Assembly: GCA_039819165.1 (NCBI GenBank)
Contig: JBCBSM010000002.1
Location: 453,426 to 517,425, forward strand
Reading direction: 5' to 3'
DNA from: Planctomycetota bacterium
GTDB lineage: Bacteria; Planctomycetota; Phycisphaerae; Phycisphaerales; UBA1924
Length of the DNA: 64,000 bases
A program made the translations under genes and the position numbers. Below the pieces are notes generated by a model, which was not told where the DNA came from, searched no databases, and was given only the letters and a program-made list of their open reading frames with translations. Of this stretch, positions 9,439 through 18,677 are shown piece by piece; positions within the stretch are counted from its first letter, which is position 1; every line of letters starts with the position of its first letter.

Positions 9439-10296
9439 TCAGAACTCGGGCTGGGCCTCGAAGTAGAGCAGCTCGTGCGTCCAGGGGTCCTGGAACTCCA
9501 GCGACCAAGCGTGCAGGCAGAGCCTGGGGTGCGCGGCGGGATCGCCGTACAGGGGATCGCCCAGGATGGGCACGCCCAGTCCGCGATGGTCGGCGGCGTG
9601 CACGCGGAGCTGGTGGCCCCGGCCGGTGACCGGCGTGAATTCGACGCGGGTGCGGCCGTTCTCGGTGCGTAGCACCCGGTAGCGGGTGACCGAGTCGCGA
9701 CCGTCGTCGGCCACGATGTGCCGGGGGCGGTTGGGCCAGTCGATCCTGAGGGGCAGGTCGATGGTGCCGGCGTGGGAGGCCAGCTCGCCGTCGAGCAACG
9801 CGACGTATCGCTTGGTGACGCGACGGAACTCGAAGACCTTTGACATGGAGCGATGGGCGGCGGCGTCGAGGGCGACGACGATCAGGCCCGAGGTGTCCTG
9901 GTCGAGCCGATGGACCGTCATGGGGCCGTCGGCGCGGTGGTAGCGGGCCTTGACGCGGCTGCGGACGCAATCGGCCTTGTGCTCGCCGCGGCCCGGCACC
10001 GAGAGCAGGCCGGCCGGCTTGTCGACGACGACGAAGCGGCCCGTATCCCCGACAATCCGGATGTCGCGGGTGGGGGCGGGGCTGGCCGCGGGCGGGATGC
10101 TCGCCGGCGGCGCTGGGGCTTCCTCGGCTGCGGGCGGCGTCGCGGGTTCGTCGGGCACGCCTGACGATATACTCCCGCATGATTGCGACACGGTCTCAAC
10201 GAGTGGTTCGGGCTTCGGGGCCGATCGCGGCTCTCTCGGCGATGTGCGGACTCGCGGCCGGGGCGTTGGCCCAACCGGGCCAGCCGGACGCGGCAA
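9439..10296 (-). CDS. RluA-family pseudouridine synthase
   Basis: VVVDKPAGLLSVPG, catalytic HRLDQDTSGLIVVA, TGRGHQLRVH and LCLHAW. The N-terminal approximately 40 codons overlap the divergent gene at 10179, so the true start may lie further in. Confidence 0.8.
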   Translation of the reverse strand: MPRPAGPVGPTPRPRVRTSPREPRSAPKPEPLVETVSQSCGSISSGVPDEPATPPAAEEAPAPPASIPPAASPAPTRDIRIVGDTGRFVVVDKPAGLLSVPGRGEHKADCVRSRVKARYHRADGPMTVHRLDQDTSGLIVVALDAAAHRSMSKVFEFRRVTKRYVALLDGELASHAGTIDLPLRIDWPNRPRHIVADDGRDSVTRYRVLRTENGRTRVEFTPVTGRGHQLRVHAADHRGLGVPILGDPLYGDPAAHPRLCLHAWSLEFQDPWTHELLYFEAQPEF

Positions 10297-11438
10297 CGGC
10301 CTCGGACTGGCGGGAGGCCGAGGCGGCGATCCTGACCGATCACGTGCAGTTGACCAGCCGCGAGATGTTCACCCGCGCGGGCGAGGCCTATTTCGATCCG
10401 TGGATGAATTGGCTCATCTTCCAGGCCACGCCCGTGCCCGATGCCGGCGAGTTGCCGAGCCCCCACTATGAGATGTTCGTGGCCGAGTTGGCCCGCGACG
10501 CCGGGGGCGCGATCACGGGCCTGGAGAAGCCGATCCGCGTCAGCACGGGGCTGAGCGCCAACACCTGCGGCTGGTTCCACCCGACGCAGCCCAACATGGT
10601 GCTGTTCGGCTCGACGATCGCGCCGCCGTCGGCGGACAAGGTTCCGGGCTATCAGCGCGGCACGGGCCGCTACGCATGGTCGTTCCCCAGCGAGATGGAG
10701 ATCGTCAGCGGATCGCTCTCGTCGCCGATCGTCGAGGGCGAGGCGGACTTCGATGCGCGGCGGCCGGCGATCACGTCGATCGTCTTCGAGAAGCCGGGCT
10801 ACACCGCCGAGGCGTCGTGGTCGCCCGATGGCCGCACCATCCTGTACGCGCAGGTGGACGACGAGAAGAGCGCGAAGATCGGTCGCCCGGACGCGGACCT
10901 CTGGTCGTACGACACCGAGACGGGCGCGCACTACCCCCTCGTGGTCGCCGAGGGCTACGACGGCGGTCCGTTCTTCTCGCCCGATGGCACGAAGATCTGC
11001 TATCGGTCGGACCGCGAGGGCACCAACCTGCTGCAGCTGTTCGTGGCCGAGCTGGAGCTGAACGAAGACGGCGTGCCCGTCGGCATCCGCCGCGAGACGC
11101 AGCTGACGGACAACCGGCACGTCAATTGGGCGCCGTTCTGGCATCCCGACGGCGACTTCCTGGTCTACGCATCGAGCCAGATCGGCCACCGCAACTACGA
11201 GGTGTTCGCCATCAGCGCCGAGGGCGGGGAGCCGGTGCGGGTGACCGAGGCACCCGGCGCCGACGTGCTGCCGGTGTTCAGCCCCGACGGCGAATACCTG
11301 CTGTGGACGGCGCAGCGGGGCCCGCTGGGCGAGGGCGATAGCCGGCCAACGAGCCAGGTGTGGATCGCTCGCGTGGACGCCGACGCCATCCGGGCACGCC
11401 TCCGGGCGACCGCAGAGGGCGGTACCGCCGACGATTAG
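10179..11438 (+). CDS. TolB-like periplasmic beta-propeller (PD40/WD40-like repeats)
   Basis: Signal peptide, then repeated PD40 motifs SWSPDGRTILYAQ, FFSPDGTKICYRSDREG, FWHPDGDFLVYAS and VFSPDGEYLLWTA. Confidence 0.75.
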   Translation: MIATRSQRVVRASGPIAALSAMCGLAAGALAQPGQPDAATASDWREAEAAILTDHVQLTSREMFTRAGEAYFDPWMNWLIFQATPVPDAGELPSPHYEMFVAELARDAGGAITGLEKPIRVSTGLSANTCGWFHPTQPNMVLFGSTIAPPSADKVPGYQRGTGRYAWSFPSEMEIVSGSLSSPIVEGEADFDARRPAITSIVFEKPGYTAEASWSPDGRTILYAQVDDEKSAKIGRPDADLWSYDTETGAHYPLVVAEGYDGGPFFSPDGTKICYRSDREGTNLLQLFVAELELNEDGVPVGIRRETQLTDNRHVNWAPFWHPDGDFLVYASSQIGHRNYEVFAISAEGGEPVRVTEAPGADVLPVFSPDGEYLLWTAQRGPLGEGDSRPTSQVWIARVDADAIRARLRATAEGGTADD

Positions 11439-11467
11439 CACGCGGGTGCGGGGGCTAGCCTCACGCC

Positions 11468-12460
11468 ATGACGCCCGACACGACCAATGCGCTCCCGCAG
11501 GCCGCCAGCGTGCTCACGCATGGGCTGATCGACTACGCGGGGCTGTTTCCGCCCGCGTCGCTCGACATGCCGCCCGCCGCAGAGAACTACGCGCGGTACC
11601 TCCGCGGCGCAAACGCCGCGATGCTGGGGCGTCTGATCTGTCCGGCGGGCCGGCTCGATGAGCTGACCAAGCACGCCCAGATCCTGATGCCGGGCACCTA
11701 CGCCACCAGCGGCTACCGCGAGATGGCGGAGCACGCCGACCCGTGGCGGATTAGCGCGATCGTGCCGCACAACGACGCGTCGCCGGTCGACGATTCGCTC
11801 GAGCACATCCGCGCGTTCAACCACCGGCACGAGGACGAGGACCAGGGGCTGGCAGTCGTCGACGCCATCGAGACGCCGGTGAAGGCGGTCGACGAGATCG
11901 ATGCGTTGCTCGACGTCATCCCCGAGCAACTGCAGGTCGCCATCGAGGTGCCCGGGTCGGCCGACGACGGCGTCGACGTCCGCGGCTACGTGGCGGCGCT
12001 GGCGGGCACGGGGGCGGCCGCCAAGATCCGATGCGGCGGCGTGACGCCGGACCTGTTCCCCTCGGCGGCGCGGATCGTCGGCTTCATGATCGCCTGCCGC
12101 ACCGCGGGCGTCGCCTTCAAGTGCACCGCGGGGCTGCACCACGCGCTGCCGGGCGCGTATCGCCTCACGTACGAGAACGGCAGCGCGACGGGCACGATGC
12201 ACGGGTTCGTGAACGTGTTCACGGCCGCGGTGCTGATCGGCGCTCGCGCCATCGACGAGGCGGCGGCGATCGAGTTGCTGGGCGATCGCGACGCCGCGAG
12301 CTTCGTGGTGACCGACGGGGAATTGGGCTGGCGGAATCACCGCGTGCCTGTCGCGGTCGCGGCGGAGCAGCGCAGCCGTTTCGCGCTCGGCTACGGCTCG
12401 TGCTCGTTCGACGAGCCGACCGAGGAGCTGGCCGCGCTGCTGCGCGAGTCCTCTCGCTAG
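11468..12460 (+). CDS. conserved hypothetical protein
   Basis: 330-aa ORF with host-like GC and codon usage. I recognise no motif. Confidence 0.5.
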   Translation: MTPDTTNALPQAASVLTHGLIDYAGLFPPASLDMPPAAENYARYLRGANAAMLGRLICPAGRLDELTKHAQILMPGTYATSGYREMAEHADPWRISAIVPHNDASPVDDSLEHIRAFNHRHEDEDQGLAVVDAIETPVKAVDEIDALLDVIPEQLQVAIEVPGSADDGVDVRGYVAALAGTGAAAKIRCGGVTPDLFPSAARIVGFMIACRTAGVAFKCTAGLHHALPGAYRLTYENGSATGTMHGFVNVFTAAVLIGARAIDEAAAIELLGDRDAASFVVTDGELGWRNHRVPVAVAAEQRSRFALGYGSCSFDEPTEELAALLRESSR

Positions 12461-12463
12461 CCG

Positions 12464-13789
12464 CTAGCAGCCGCCGTCCTGGAAGAGGTTCTGGAACTCC
12501 AGGAAATCGAAGAGCGTGAGTGCGCCGTCGCCGTCGTAATCGACTTCCATCGAGCCGTCGTCGAACAGGTTGCTGAAGGCCAGGAAGTCGAAAAGGGTCA
12601 GCTCGCCATCGCGGTCGAGGTCGGGCGCGCAGGGCGGCCAGGCAATCTCGCCCCGTAGCACCCGTTGATCGATTTCCTCGGCGACGTCGACACTCCAGGC
12701 GCTGCGAAACGTCTGGTCGCGGTGGTTGAAGAGCACGACGATGCTCACGCCATTGCCCCGCTGCCACGCCACGGTATCGGTGCCGGGCAGCGAACCGCTG
12801 TGCGCCGTGAACCAGCTCGGGCCCTCGGACCCGGTGCGGCGGCGGCCCGAGATGGTGCCGAAGAGCACGCGGCTGTCTGCCAGGCGGAGGATGGCCTCGG
12901 CCGTCGCGATGAGACCGCCAACGGAGCGGGCGCCCTCGTGATTCCAGCCGCCGTAGGGCCAGCGAACGCGCTCGCCCGCTGGGTCGTAGACGTTGACGGC
13001 GAAGCCGATGTCCTCCTGGTCGTACCAGGGCTCCAGGGGGTTGTGATCGGCGGCGAAGGTGCGACCGACCTCGACCTGGCCCGGCACGCCGAGATCGGCA
13101 AACAGCCGCTCCACCGCGTCGCCGTACGCATCGCCGGTGACCTCCTCGATGATCAGGCCGAGTGCGAGGTAGCCGAGGTTCGAGTAGACGTAGCCGGTGC
13201 CCGGGCTGAACTGCAGCGGCTGGCCCAGGATCCATCGCATCATGTTGGTCGCGCCGGGCGGGCTGGGGATGCCCATCTCGCCGGCGATCTGGATGTCGCG
13301 GAACATGTGGTTGCCCGCGGCGGCCCGATCCCATCCGGCACGATGCTGCAACAGGTGGAACACGGCGATGTCCTCGAGGCGGCCGTCACCCAGCAAGGGG
13401 AACGGCTCGAGATCGAGGATGCCGCCGCCCGGCTGGCCGAGATCGAAGGCGTTGTCGGTCAGCGCGAGATCGCCGTCGCGGACGAGGTCGTCGATGATCG
13501 AGGCGGTGATGGGCTTGGTCACGCTGGCCAGCCGCAGCATCGCATCGTGCGGCAGCGGCGTGGTGCGATCGCGGTCCTGCCAGCCGAAGGAGCGCATGTA
13601 CACCGTCCGCCCCTCGAAGCGGACGCCGAGCACGCCGGCGGTGATGCCGTTGGCGTCCATCGTGTCGCGCATGAGCTGGTCGAGTTGCGTCAGCTCGGGT
13701 ATCGCGCGGCCGCGGATGGGCAGGTCCTGGGCGGCTGCCGGCCCGCTGGCAAGCCCGAGAGCGGCGAGGGCGAGCGCGATGCGATGCAT
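12464..13789 (-). CDS. serine hydrolase (beta-lactamase/PBP4* fold) with C-terminal dockerin-like Gly-Cys anchor
   Basis: Signal peptide MHRIALALAALGLASGPAAAQ, SxxK motif 'ASVTKPI' and YSNLGY. C-terminus is CAPDLDRDGELTLFDFLAFSNLFDDG...DYDGDGALTLFDFLEFQNLFQDGGC. RBS AGGAGG upstream. Confidence 0.8.
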   Translation of the reverse strand: MHRIALALAALGLASGPAAAQDLPIRGRAIPELTQLDQLMRDTMDANGITAGVLGVRFEGRTVYMRSFGWQDRDRTTPLPHDAMLRLASVTKPITASIIDDLVRDGDLALTDNAFDLGQPGGGILDLEPFPLLGDGRLEDIAVFHLLQHRAGWDRAAAGNHMFRDIQIAGEMGIPSPPGATNMMRWILGQPLQFSPGTGYVYSNLGYLALGLIIEEVTGDAYGDAVERLFADLGVPGQVEVGRTFAADHNPLEPWYDQEDIGFAVNVYDPAGERVRWPYGGWNHEGARSVGGLIATAEAILRLADSRVLFGTISGRRRTGSEGPSWFTAHSGSLPGTDTVAWQRGNGVSIVVLFNHRDQTFRSAWSVDVAEEIDQRVLRGEIAWPPCAPDLDRDGELTLFDFLAFSNLFDDGSMEVDYDGDGALTLFDFLEFQNLFQDGGC

Positions 13790-13823
13790 AGAGGACCTCC
13801 TAAGGCGTGGAGAGTATCGCCGA

Positions 13824-14087
13824 TCATGCCGGGGGATGCAAGCTCTTGGACGCCCGATCGGGGCGGCGCACCCAGCGTGCGATGTCCCGCAGCGCGATGG
13901 CGATCCAGGCGATCTGCAGGCCGAAGGGCGGCCAGGCGTCCTGCTTCCAGCACAGCACCGCGATGAGCAGCGACCCGGCGATGTTCAGGGCCGAGTAGGG
14001 CAGCACGTGGAAGGTGTTGCGGTTGGCGTAGGCGACGAGCAGCAGGACCATGCCGGCCCAGCCCAGGAGTTCGATGGTGTCGGGCAT
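13824..14087 (-). CDS. small membrane protein (3 TM)
   Basis: 87-aa hydrophobic ORF (GWAGMVLLLVAYA, NIAGSLLIAVLCW, LQIAWIAIAL). It is the last host-GC gene before the GC drop. Confidence 0.5.
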   Translation of the reverse strand: MPDTIELLGWAGMVLLLVAYANRNTFHVLPYSALNIAGSLLIAVLCWKQDAWPPFGLQIAWIAIALRDIARWVRRPDRASKSLHPPA

Positions 14088-14203
14088 GGGGGATGATTGG
14101 GGGTTGGTACGCCCGCCGGGTCGGGAGACCGATCCGGCGAGGTTTCGATCCGGATCCCTCGTGGATCTCCCCCTCGCCTGGGAGTGGCAGCCCAGGCGGG
14201 GTT

Positions 14204-14860
14204 TCAGTCGATCGCGTCGCTCGGATCAGACCGTGTGCGTTTGCGCGCCTTCTTTGTCAACAGAAGAAGCTCCTCATCCGAGGCGAACCGCTCGCAGATG
14301 GCGCGCAGCTCATTCAGACCCTGTTCGAGTTCGTCGATCTCCCGCGCGGCCGCTGATACATCGAGCGGGTCGTACTTGTGATCCGTGTACATGGACTGGA
14401 CTAGATTCGCAACTTCCTCTCGACTCTCCGTAATCCCGAACATCGTCGAGATCACCAGTCCAGAACCGACGCCGTGGAGCGTCTTGACGCGGTCTCCCTT
14501 GTATCCGACAACTTCCGAGACCTTGTCTCGAAGCGTGGGATCTACGAAGCTGAGGACATCTTGGCCCATGAGCAGACCAGAGATGGAGTACAGCCGACCG
14601 GCTTGCAGGTGAACGAAGACTTTGAACTGTTCGAGGATTGTGGCGGCGTCTTCGTCTGATGCTCTTTCGAGCGTCTGAAGGGGATCGCAGCCGCCAAGTT
14701 CCAAGAGGGCGCGGCCATCCTCCACAACGTCCAGCAGAACGAAGTAGATCGAAAGCAGTTCGAGGAGCGCGTCTTCCCTCGCCTTTTTGGATCTAAGTCC
14801 AGCGACACCGCTTGCGCCCGTTCGGATGACATCGACTACGTTCTTGATGTCAGCGAACAT
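14204..14860 (-). CDS. hypothetical protein downstream of the methyltransferase
   Basis: ATG at 14860 (MFADIKNVVD), 10 nt after the M gene stop on the same strand. Predicted mostly helical, with no recognised motif. Confidence 0.45.
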   Translation of the reverse strand: MFADIKNVVDVIRTGASGVAGLRSKKAREDALLELLSIYFVLLDVVEDGRALLELGGCDPLQTLERASDEDAATILEQFKVFVHLQAGRLYSISGLLMGQDVLSFVDPTLRDKVSEVVGYKGDRVKTLHGVGSGLVISTMFGITESREEVANLVQSMYTDHKYDPLDVSAAAREIDELEQGLNELRAICERFASDEELLLLTKKARKRTRSDPSDAID

Positions 14861-14870
14861 GCAGGACCGC

Positions 14871-15866
14871 CTATGTTTCAGAGAACAGGGTTTCACGCCC
14901 CCGGATGGTCCGCAGATCGACTCCCGGTTCCGCAAGCGCTAGACCGTAGAGTTCGAGGAGTTCTTCCTCGGATGCTTGGGCACCCGCGAACCTGAAGATG
15001 GAGGCGGCGACATACTCGCGGTCGAGGTCGAACGACATCCATCGCCTTCCCTCTGCCTCGGCCACCTGACCAGTCGTGTTCGAGCCCGCGAAGATGTCAA
15101 CGACGAGATCTCCAGGATCCGACAGGAATCGGATGAAGAACTCGGGCAGCTTCGCTGGGAAACGCGCAGGATGACCTTTCACACCTGCGATCTTGCAGCC
15201 GCGTAGATACTGACCGTTCGATTCTGAGTTCGGGATCTGGAGGAGGTTCGATGGGATCGCGCCGCCGTTGTCTTTGCCGAAGCCCTTGCCGATGTCGTGG
15301 CCCGACGGGCGTTTCTTCGGTTCGTAGAACCCCTCCGGGTCCTTGAGGAGCTTCTTCATCCGCTCCGAGTATTCGGTGAGGACGCGCGTGACATCCGCCT
15401 TCGGATGAGGCGACTTCGAGAACCACCATACGTTGTTCACCGAGTCCTTCGCGCGGATCTTCCGCTTGTTCACCCACTCGATCGGACTCGGGAGCTTCGA
15501 GGGGTTGAACCAGTAGAAGTCCTCGGCGAGATGGAACCCGACCTCGTCACAGAAGCGGATCGCGACGCGGAACGTGTAGAGCGATCGGACGGGTACTCCC
15601 TTCTCGTACGCGCCGCCCAGGTCCAGGACGAAGCTCCCATCGTCGGCGAGCTTGCGATAGACGACCTCCGCGAAGCTCGTGAGCCAGTCGATGTAGTCGG
15701 ACCCGGTCTTGTTCCCGTACTCCTTCTGGCGCTGGAGAGCGAACGGCGGGCTCGTGACCACGAGGTTCACCGAGCCGTCGGCGAGGTCCTCCAGGAGGTC
15801 GAGGGAGTCGCCGCAGAACGCCGCGCCGAGTTCGGTTGAGTAGATCGGGGTCCGTCCATGCGCCAT
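14871..15866 (-). CDS. N4-cytosine/N6-adenine DNA methyltransferase, M.PvuII-like (beta class)
   Basis: Catalytic 'VVTSPPFAL' near the N-terminus and AdoMet motif 'VVDIFAGSNTTG' near the C-terminus (beta-class order). Divergent from the C and R genes, as in PvuII. Confidence 0.85.
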   Translation of the reverse strand: MAHGRTPIYSTELGAAFCGDSLDLLEDLADGSVNLVVTSPPFALQRQKEYGNKTGSDYIDWLTSFAEVVYRKLADDGSFVLDLGGAYEKGVPVRSLYTFRVAIRFCDEVGFHLAEDFYWFNPSKLPSPIEWVNKRKIRAKDSVNNVWWFSKSPHPKADVTRVLTEYSERMKKLLKDPEGFYEPKKRPSGHDIGKGFGKDNGGAIPSNLLQIPNSESNGQYLRGCKIAGVKGHPARFPAKLPEFFIRFLSDPGDLVVDIFAGSNTTGQVAEAEGRRWMSFDLDREYVAASIFRFAGAQASEEELLELYGLALAEPGVDLRTIRGRETLFSET

Positions 15867-15902
15867 CCAAGCCCTCCTCGTGAGTGCTACTTATATGCTG
15901 TA

Positions 15903-15913
15903 GACCGATAGTC
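15903..15913 (+). promoter_or_regulatory. candidate C-box half operator
   Basis: GACCGATAGTC has one mismatch to the GACTnnnAGTC C-box pattern as I recall it for PvuII-type controllers. It sits 24 nt upstream of the C-gene ATG. A convincing second box was not found. Confidence 0.3.
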
Positions 15914-15936
15914 GTCAACAGCCGACTGTTCCCTTC

Positions 15937-16173
15937 ATGGTATCGGGACGGTCGAGAACTCGGGCCCGGATGGTCTTCGCGGCGAACCTGCGCCGCATCC
16001 GCACCGATGTCGGCCTCTCCCAGGAAGCTCTCGCCGCAAAGGCGAAGCTGCACCGGACTTACGTCGGCTCAGTCGAGCGCGGCGAGCGCAACATCTCGAT
16101 CGACAACATGGAGAAGCTCGCGCACGCCCTCGGCGTCGTGGTGGTGGACCTCCTCGCGGAGGACGCCGCGTGA
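15937..16173 (+). CDS. R-M controller (C) protein, XRE-type HTH
   Basis: [48 protein letters not shown] is the typical C-protein signature. Its stop overlaps the GTG of the downstream endonuclease (GTGA at 16170-16173). An alternative start lies at 15970. Confidence 0.8.
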   Translation: MVSGRSRTRARMVFAANLRRIRTDVGLSQEALAAKAKLHRTYVGSVERGERNISIDNMEKLAHALGVVVVDLLAEDAA

Positions 16174-16682
16174 AGTCACACGACGACTACGAGGAACTCG
16201 TCAGGCTGTTCCCGGCGGTCCAGAAGTACCAGGAGCTGGCGAAGCGCCACGGGATCGACGACATCTTCCAGGACAACGGCGGAAAGCTCCTCCAGGTCCT
16301 CCTACTCCTCGGGCTCAAGATTCTCCCCGGTCGCCTCGGTAACGACGCGATCGACGCGGAGGGGAACGAGTACGAGTTGAAGTCGGTCAACACCGAACTC
16401 ACTCGGAGCTTCTCAACCCATCACCACCTCAACCCCGTCATCATCGAGAAGTACAGACAGGTTGACTGGATCTTCGCGGCATACGAGGGCATCGAGCTTC
16501 GGGAGGTCTATCTCCTCACGCCCGGCGATCTGGAGCCCTACTACGCGAAGTGGTGGGCGAAGTGGCACGACGAGGGCGGGAAGGACATCAACAACCCGAA
16601 GATTCCGCTCCGGTTTGTCCAGACCAACGGACGAAAGCTCTACCCGACCTCGGACGGTGGGTTGATCGAGCCATCTGGGTAG
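16170..16682 (+). CDS. type II restriction endonuclease, PvuII family
   Basis: 170 aa that appears near-colinear with R.PvuII as I remember it: [44 protein letters not shown] (the D/E-x-K catalytic residues), [23 protein letters not shown] and [13 protein letters not shown]. Confidence 0.85.
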   Translation: MKSHDDYEELVRLFPAVQKYQELAKRHGIDDIFQDNGGKLLQVLLLLGLKILPGRLGNDAIDAEGNEYELKSVNTELTRSFSTHHHLNPVIIEKYRQVDWIFAAYEGIELREVYLLTPGDLEPYYAKWWAKWHDEGGKDINNPKIPLRFVQTNGRKLYPTSDGGLIEPSG

Positions 16683-16719
16683 ACGGGCCTGGTGTAGCGC
16701 CCTTGTAGCGCAAAAAGAC

Positions 16720-16746
16720 GCAAGGCCCGGTAAAACCGGGCCTTGC
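16720..16746 (-). terminator. rho-independent terminator (shared by tRNA-Arg and the convergent R gene)
   Basis: Perfect 11-bp stem GCAAGGCCCGG-TAAAA-CCGGGCCTTGC. On the minus strand it is followed by GTCTTTTTG, and it lies 3 nt after the tRNA 3' end. Confidence 0.75.
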
Positions 16747-16749
16747 AAG

Positions 16750-16823
16750 CACGGGCGGAAGGATTCGAACCCTCAACCTCCTGATCCGTAGTCAGGTGCT
16801 CTATCCAGTTGAGCTACGCCCGC
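16750..16823 (-). tRNA. tRNA-Arg (anticodon ACG)
   Basis: Hand-folded 74-nt cloverleaf: acceptor GCGGGCG/CGCCCGU (G1-U72 wobble), D arm GCUC-AACUGGAUA-GAGC, anticodon arm CCUGA-CUACGGA-UCAGG, variable AGGUU, T arm GAGGG-UUCGAAU-CCUUC. No encoded CCA. Confidence 0.9.
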
Positions 16824-16927
16824 TCGCTGTTTTTCGTGCCGATGCACTACAAAAAGGATCGGCTCTGCACTACATTTGTCTGCTGACGCCGTGGTGAACG
16901 TCGAACAGAGCCCTGAGTATACGCGCG

Positions 16928-18178
16928 ATGGCCAAGGCCGGAAACGCCCGGAAGCAACGGATACCCAAGCTCTGCTTCACCGAGAGCCGCGGTGTTGGCT
17001 GGCACGTCTCCTTCCGGGATCCTGATACTGGTATTCCCAAGAAGCACCGCTTCGGCGTGCGCGATCGTGCGGACGAACCGGAGGCCTTGCGGCGATATCA
17101 CCGCTGGGTCTCCGAATACCTCGGGAACTCGTCAGAGGAGGAACCACTCGTACCCGAACGGACGAGTACGAAGACCTCGAACAGGGGTGTTCGAGCACGC
17201 TCGCAGACCCAGGAAGCACTGTCGGGCTCACTCCTTGAGGTCGCAAACGGCCTCCTCGACGCCGAAGAGTCGCGCGTACGAGCCGAAGGCGACCCCCGAC
17301 GCCGAGGTTCTATCTCCGGCGCCTTATTCCGCGACCGCCGCAAGCAACTCCGGGACTTCCTGATCTTCTTGAATACCCGGCACGGCGCCGGAGCAGTGGG
17401 CCGAATGCGTCTTGAAGATCTCCGCATGCGAGATGTCGAGGAGTACAACCGATCGCTCGTTGAAGCTCGATTGTCGGCCTCCTTGGTGACGAAGCGGATG
17501 CAAATTGTGAAATCGCTGATCGATCGCGCCGGGCGTCCTGAGCACGGCCACCAGCAGCTTCCATGGAACTGGAATTCACGAGACGTTGCACACGGGGAAC
17601 CCGCTCGCGAACGCCAGCTGCCCACGGTCACACAACTGGAATCGCTCCTCGCCCACGCGGACGTTCGGGGCCAAGCGATGATCTGGCTTGGGATGGGCCT
17701 AGGCTTTGGCCCGCGTGATCTCGCGAGTGTCAGAGTTGGCCAGATCGCCCGTGACGCGTACGACCTCAGACGCGAGAAGACCGGTGTGGATCGCTATGGA
17801 GCCACCCCGCCATGTGTGTGGGCGCATCTTGAACGCTACCAGGCGGACAGTGGCAGACCGAGTGGATCTCTTCTATTTGTGACAAGAACCGGGCGCCCGG
17901 TCGTACACGGAGCGACCAACACTATTGCCACTTGGTGGCGTCAACTGAAGATCCAAACCGGCCTCCAAGACACTGTCGACGGCTTCTATGTACTACGACA
18001 CTTGGGAGCTACAGAGCACGGCTCTCGACCAGGAGCGTCGATCGGTAACGTAAAGCGTTGGCTGGGTCATGCCACCAGCTCACAGGTTGCCGATGTCTAC
18101 ATGCGACCAGTTGCTCCGGAACACCGACTGGTGATCGACTGGCTGCGGTCACATCTAGATGCCAGTTCCACCAAATAA
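16928..18178 (+). CDS. tyrosine-type site-specific integrase
   Basis: 416 aa. C-terminal catalytic region has ...PRDLASVRVG, VLRHLGATEHG and GHATSSQVADVYMRP (the R..H-x-x-R..Y pattern). Lies about 100 bp from the 5' side of tRNA-Arg. Confidence 0.85.
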   Translation: MAKAGNARKQRIPKLCFTESRGVGWHVSFRDPDTGIPKKHRFGVRDRADEPEALRRYHRWVSEYLGNSSEEEPLVPERTSTKTSNRGVRARSQTQEALSGSLLEVANGLLDAEESRVRAEGDPRRRGSISGALFRDRRKQLRDFLIFLNTRHGAGAVGRMRLEDLRMRDVEEYNRSLVEARLSASLVTKRMQIVKSLIDRAGRPEHGHQQLPWNWNSRDVAHGEPARERQLPTVTQLESLLAHADVRGQAMIWLGMGLGFGPRDLASVRVGQIARDAYDLRREKTGVDRYGATPPCVWAHLERYQADSGRPSGSLLFVTRTGRPVVHGATNTIATWWRQLKIQTGLQDTVDGFYVLRHLGATEHGSRPGASIGNVKRWLGHATSSQVADVYMRPVAPEHRLVIDWLRSHLDASSTK

Positions 18179-18677
18179 CCCAAGGCCTGCCGATCCACCT
18201 CTCGGCTAGAGCAATGGGCTGTAAACCGCCGACGAACCAGTTTGGAGTAGCCTTCGAGTTCTCCAACGCACTAGGTTCTCAGGCTTTATGCACATCGGCA
18301 AGCAATAAGTGCGCGGATTTTGCCACCACCGGATCGACAGCCCCCCCGAATAGCCAATACCGCCCTTGCGGTGCCGTGAGTGGGGTTTGGTGCTGTGACT
18401 GTTGTGCAAGTCTGGTCCCGGTCGAGCCGGTTCATGGCACACTTTGGGGCGCACTCGACACTGACCCCCGGCGAACCAAACCAGCCCACTCGAGTCCTCT
18501 GACCGCGCCTTGTATCTCGGGGTGACAGGACTCGAGTTGAGCTATCTGCGGCCTAGATCGGCCTCTGGAGCCTGGAATCGCGGACTCTGCTTTCACGTAG
18601 AATCTGCTGAAGACGATTCGTCGAGAATCAGTCACTCACAGGCACAACGCTGAGCGGTCCATGCTTGTTGGCAGTAG

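Larger units (their letters stand above)
14150..16749. mobile_element. lower-GC R-M islet abutting the 3' end of tRNA-Arg
   Basis: GC drops after about 14.15 kb. Contains the PvuII-type M, C and R genes plus one unknown gene. It has no recombinase of its own and I found no flanking direct repeat. Confidence 0.45.

Noticed and set aside
9918-11441. 507-aa minus-strand ORF opposite the TolB-like gene.
   Set aside because: The sense strand has a signal peptide and repeated PD40 motifs. The antisense product is Arg/Ala-rich with no recognisable domain.
14105-14165. TGGTACGCCCGCC...GGTTTCGATCC, which looked like a tRNA 3' end or T-arm remnant and hence a possible att repeat for the R-M islet.
   Set aside because: It cannot be folded into acceptor and T arms with correct spacing. 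It shares no run of more than 8 nt with the tRNA-Arg 3' segment at 16750-16775.
15914-15936. A second C-box expected next to GACCGATAGTC.
   Set aside because: GTCAACAGCCGAC has GTC/GAC symmetry only and does not match GACTnnnAGTC. Only a tentative single box is reported.
18488-18537. 11-bp inverted repeat ACTCGAGTCCT / AGGACTCGAGT with a 28-nt loop, in the 500-bp gap between the convergent integrase and dcm genes.
   Set aside because: It could be a bidirectional terminator or an att-related site. However, it has no T-run, no second copy and no RNA-family resemblance that I can support, so it is left unassigned.
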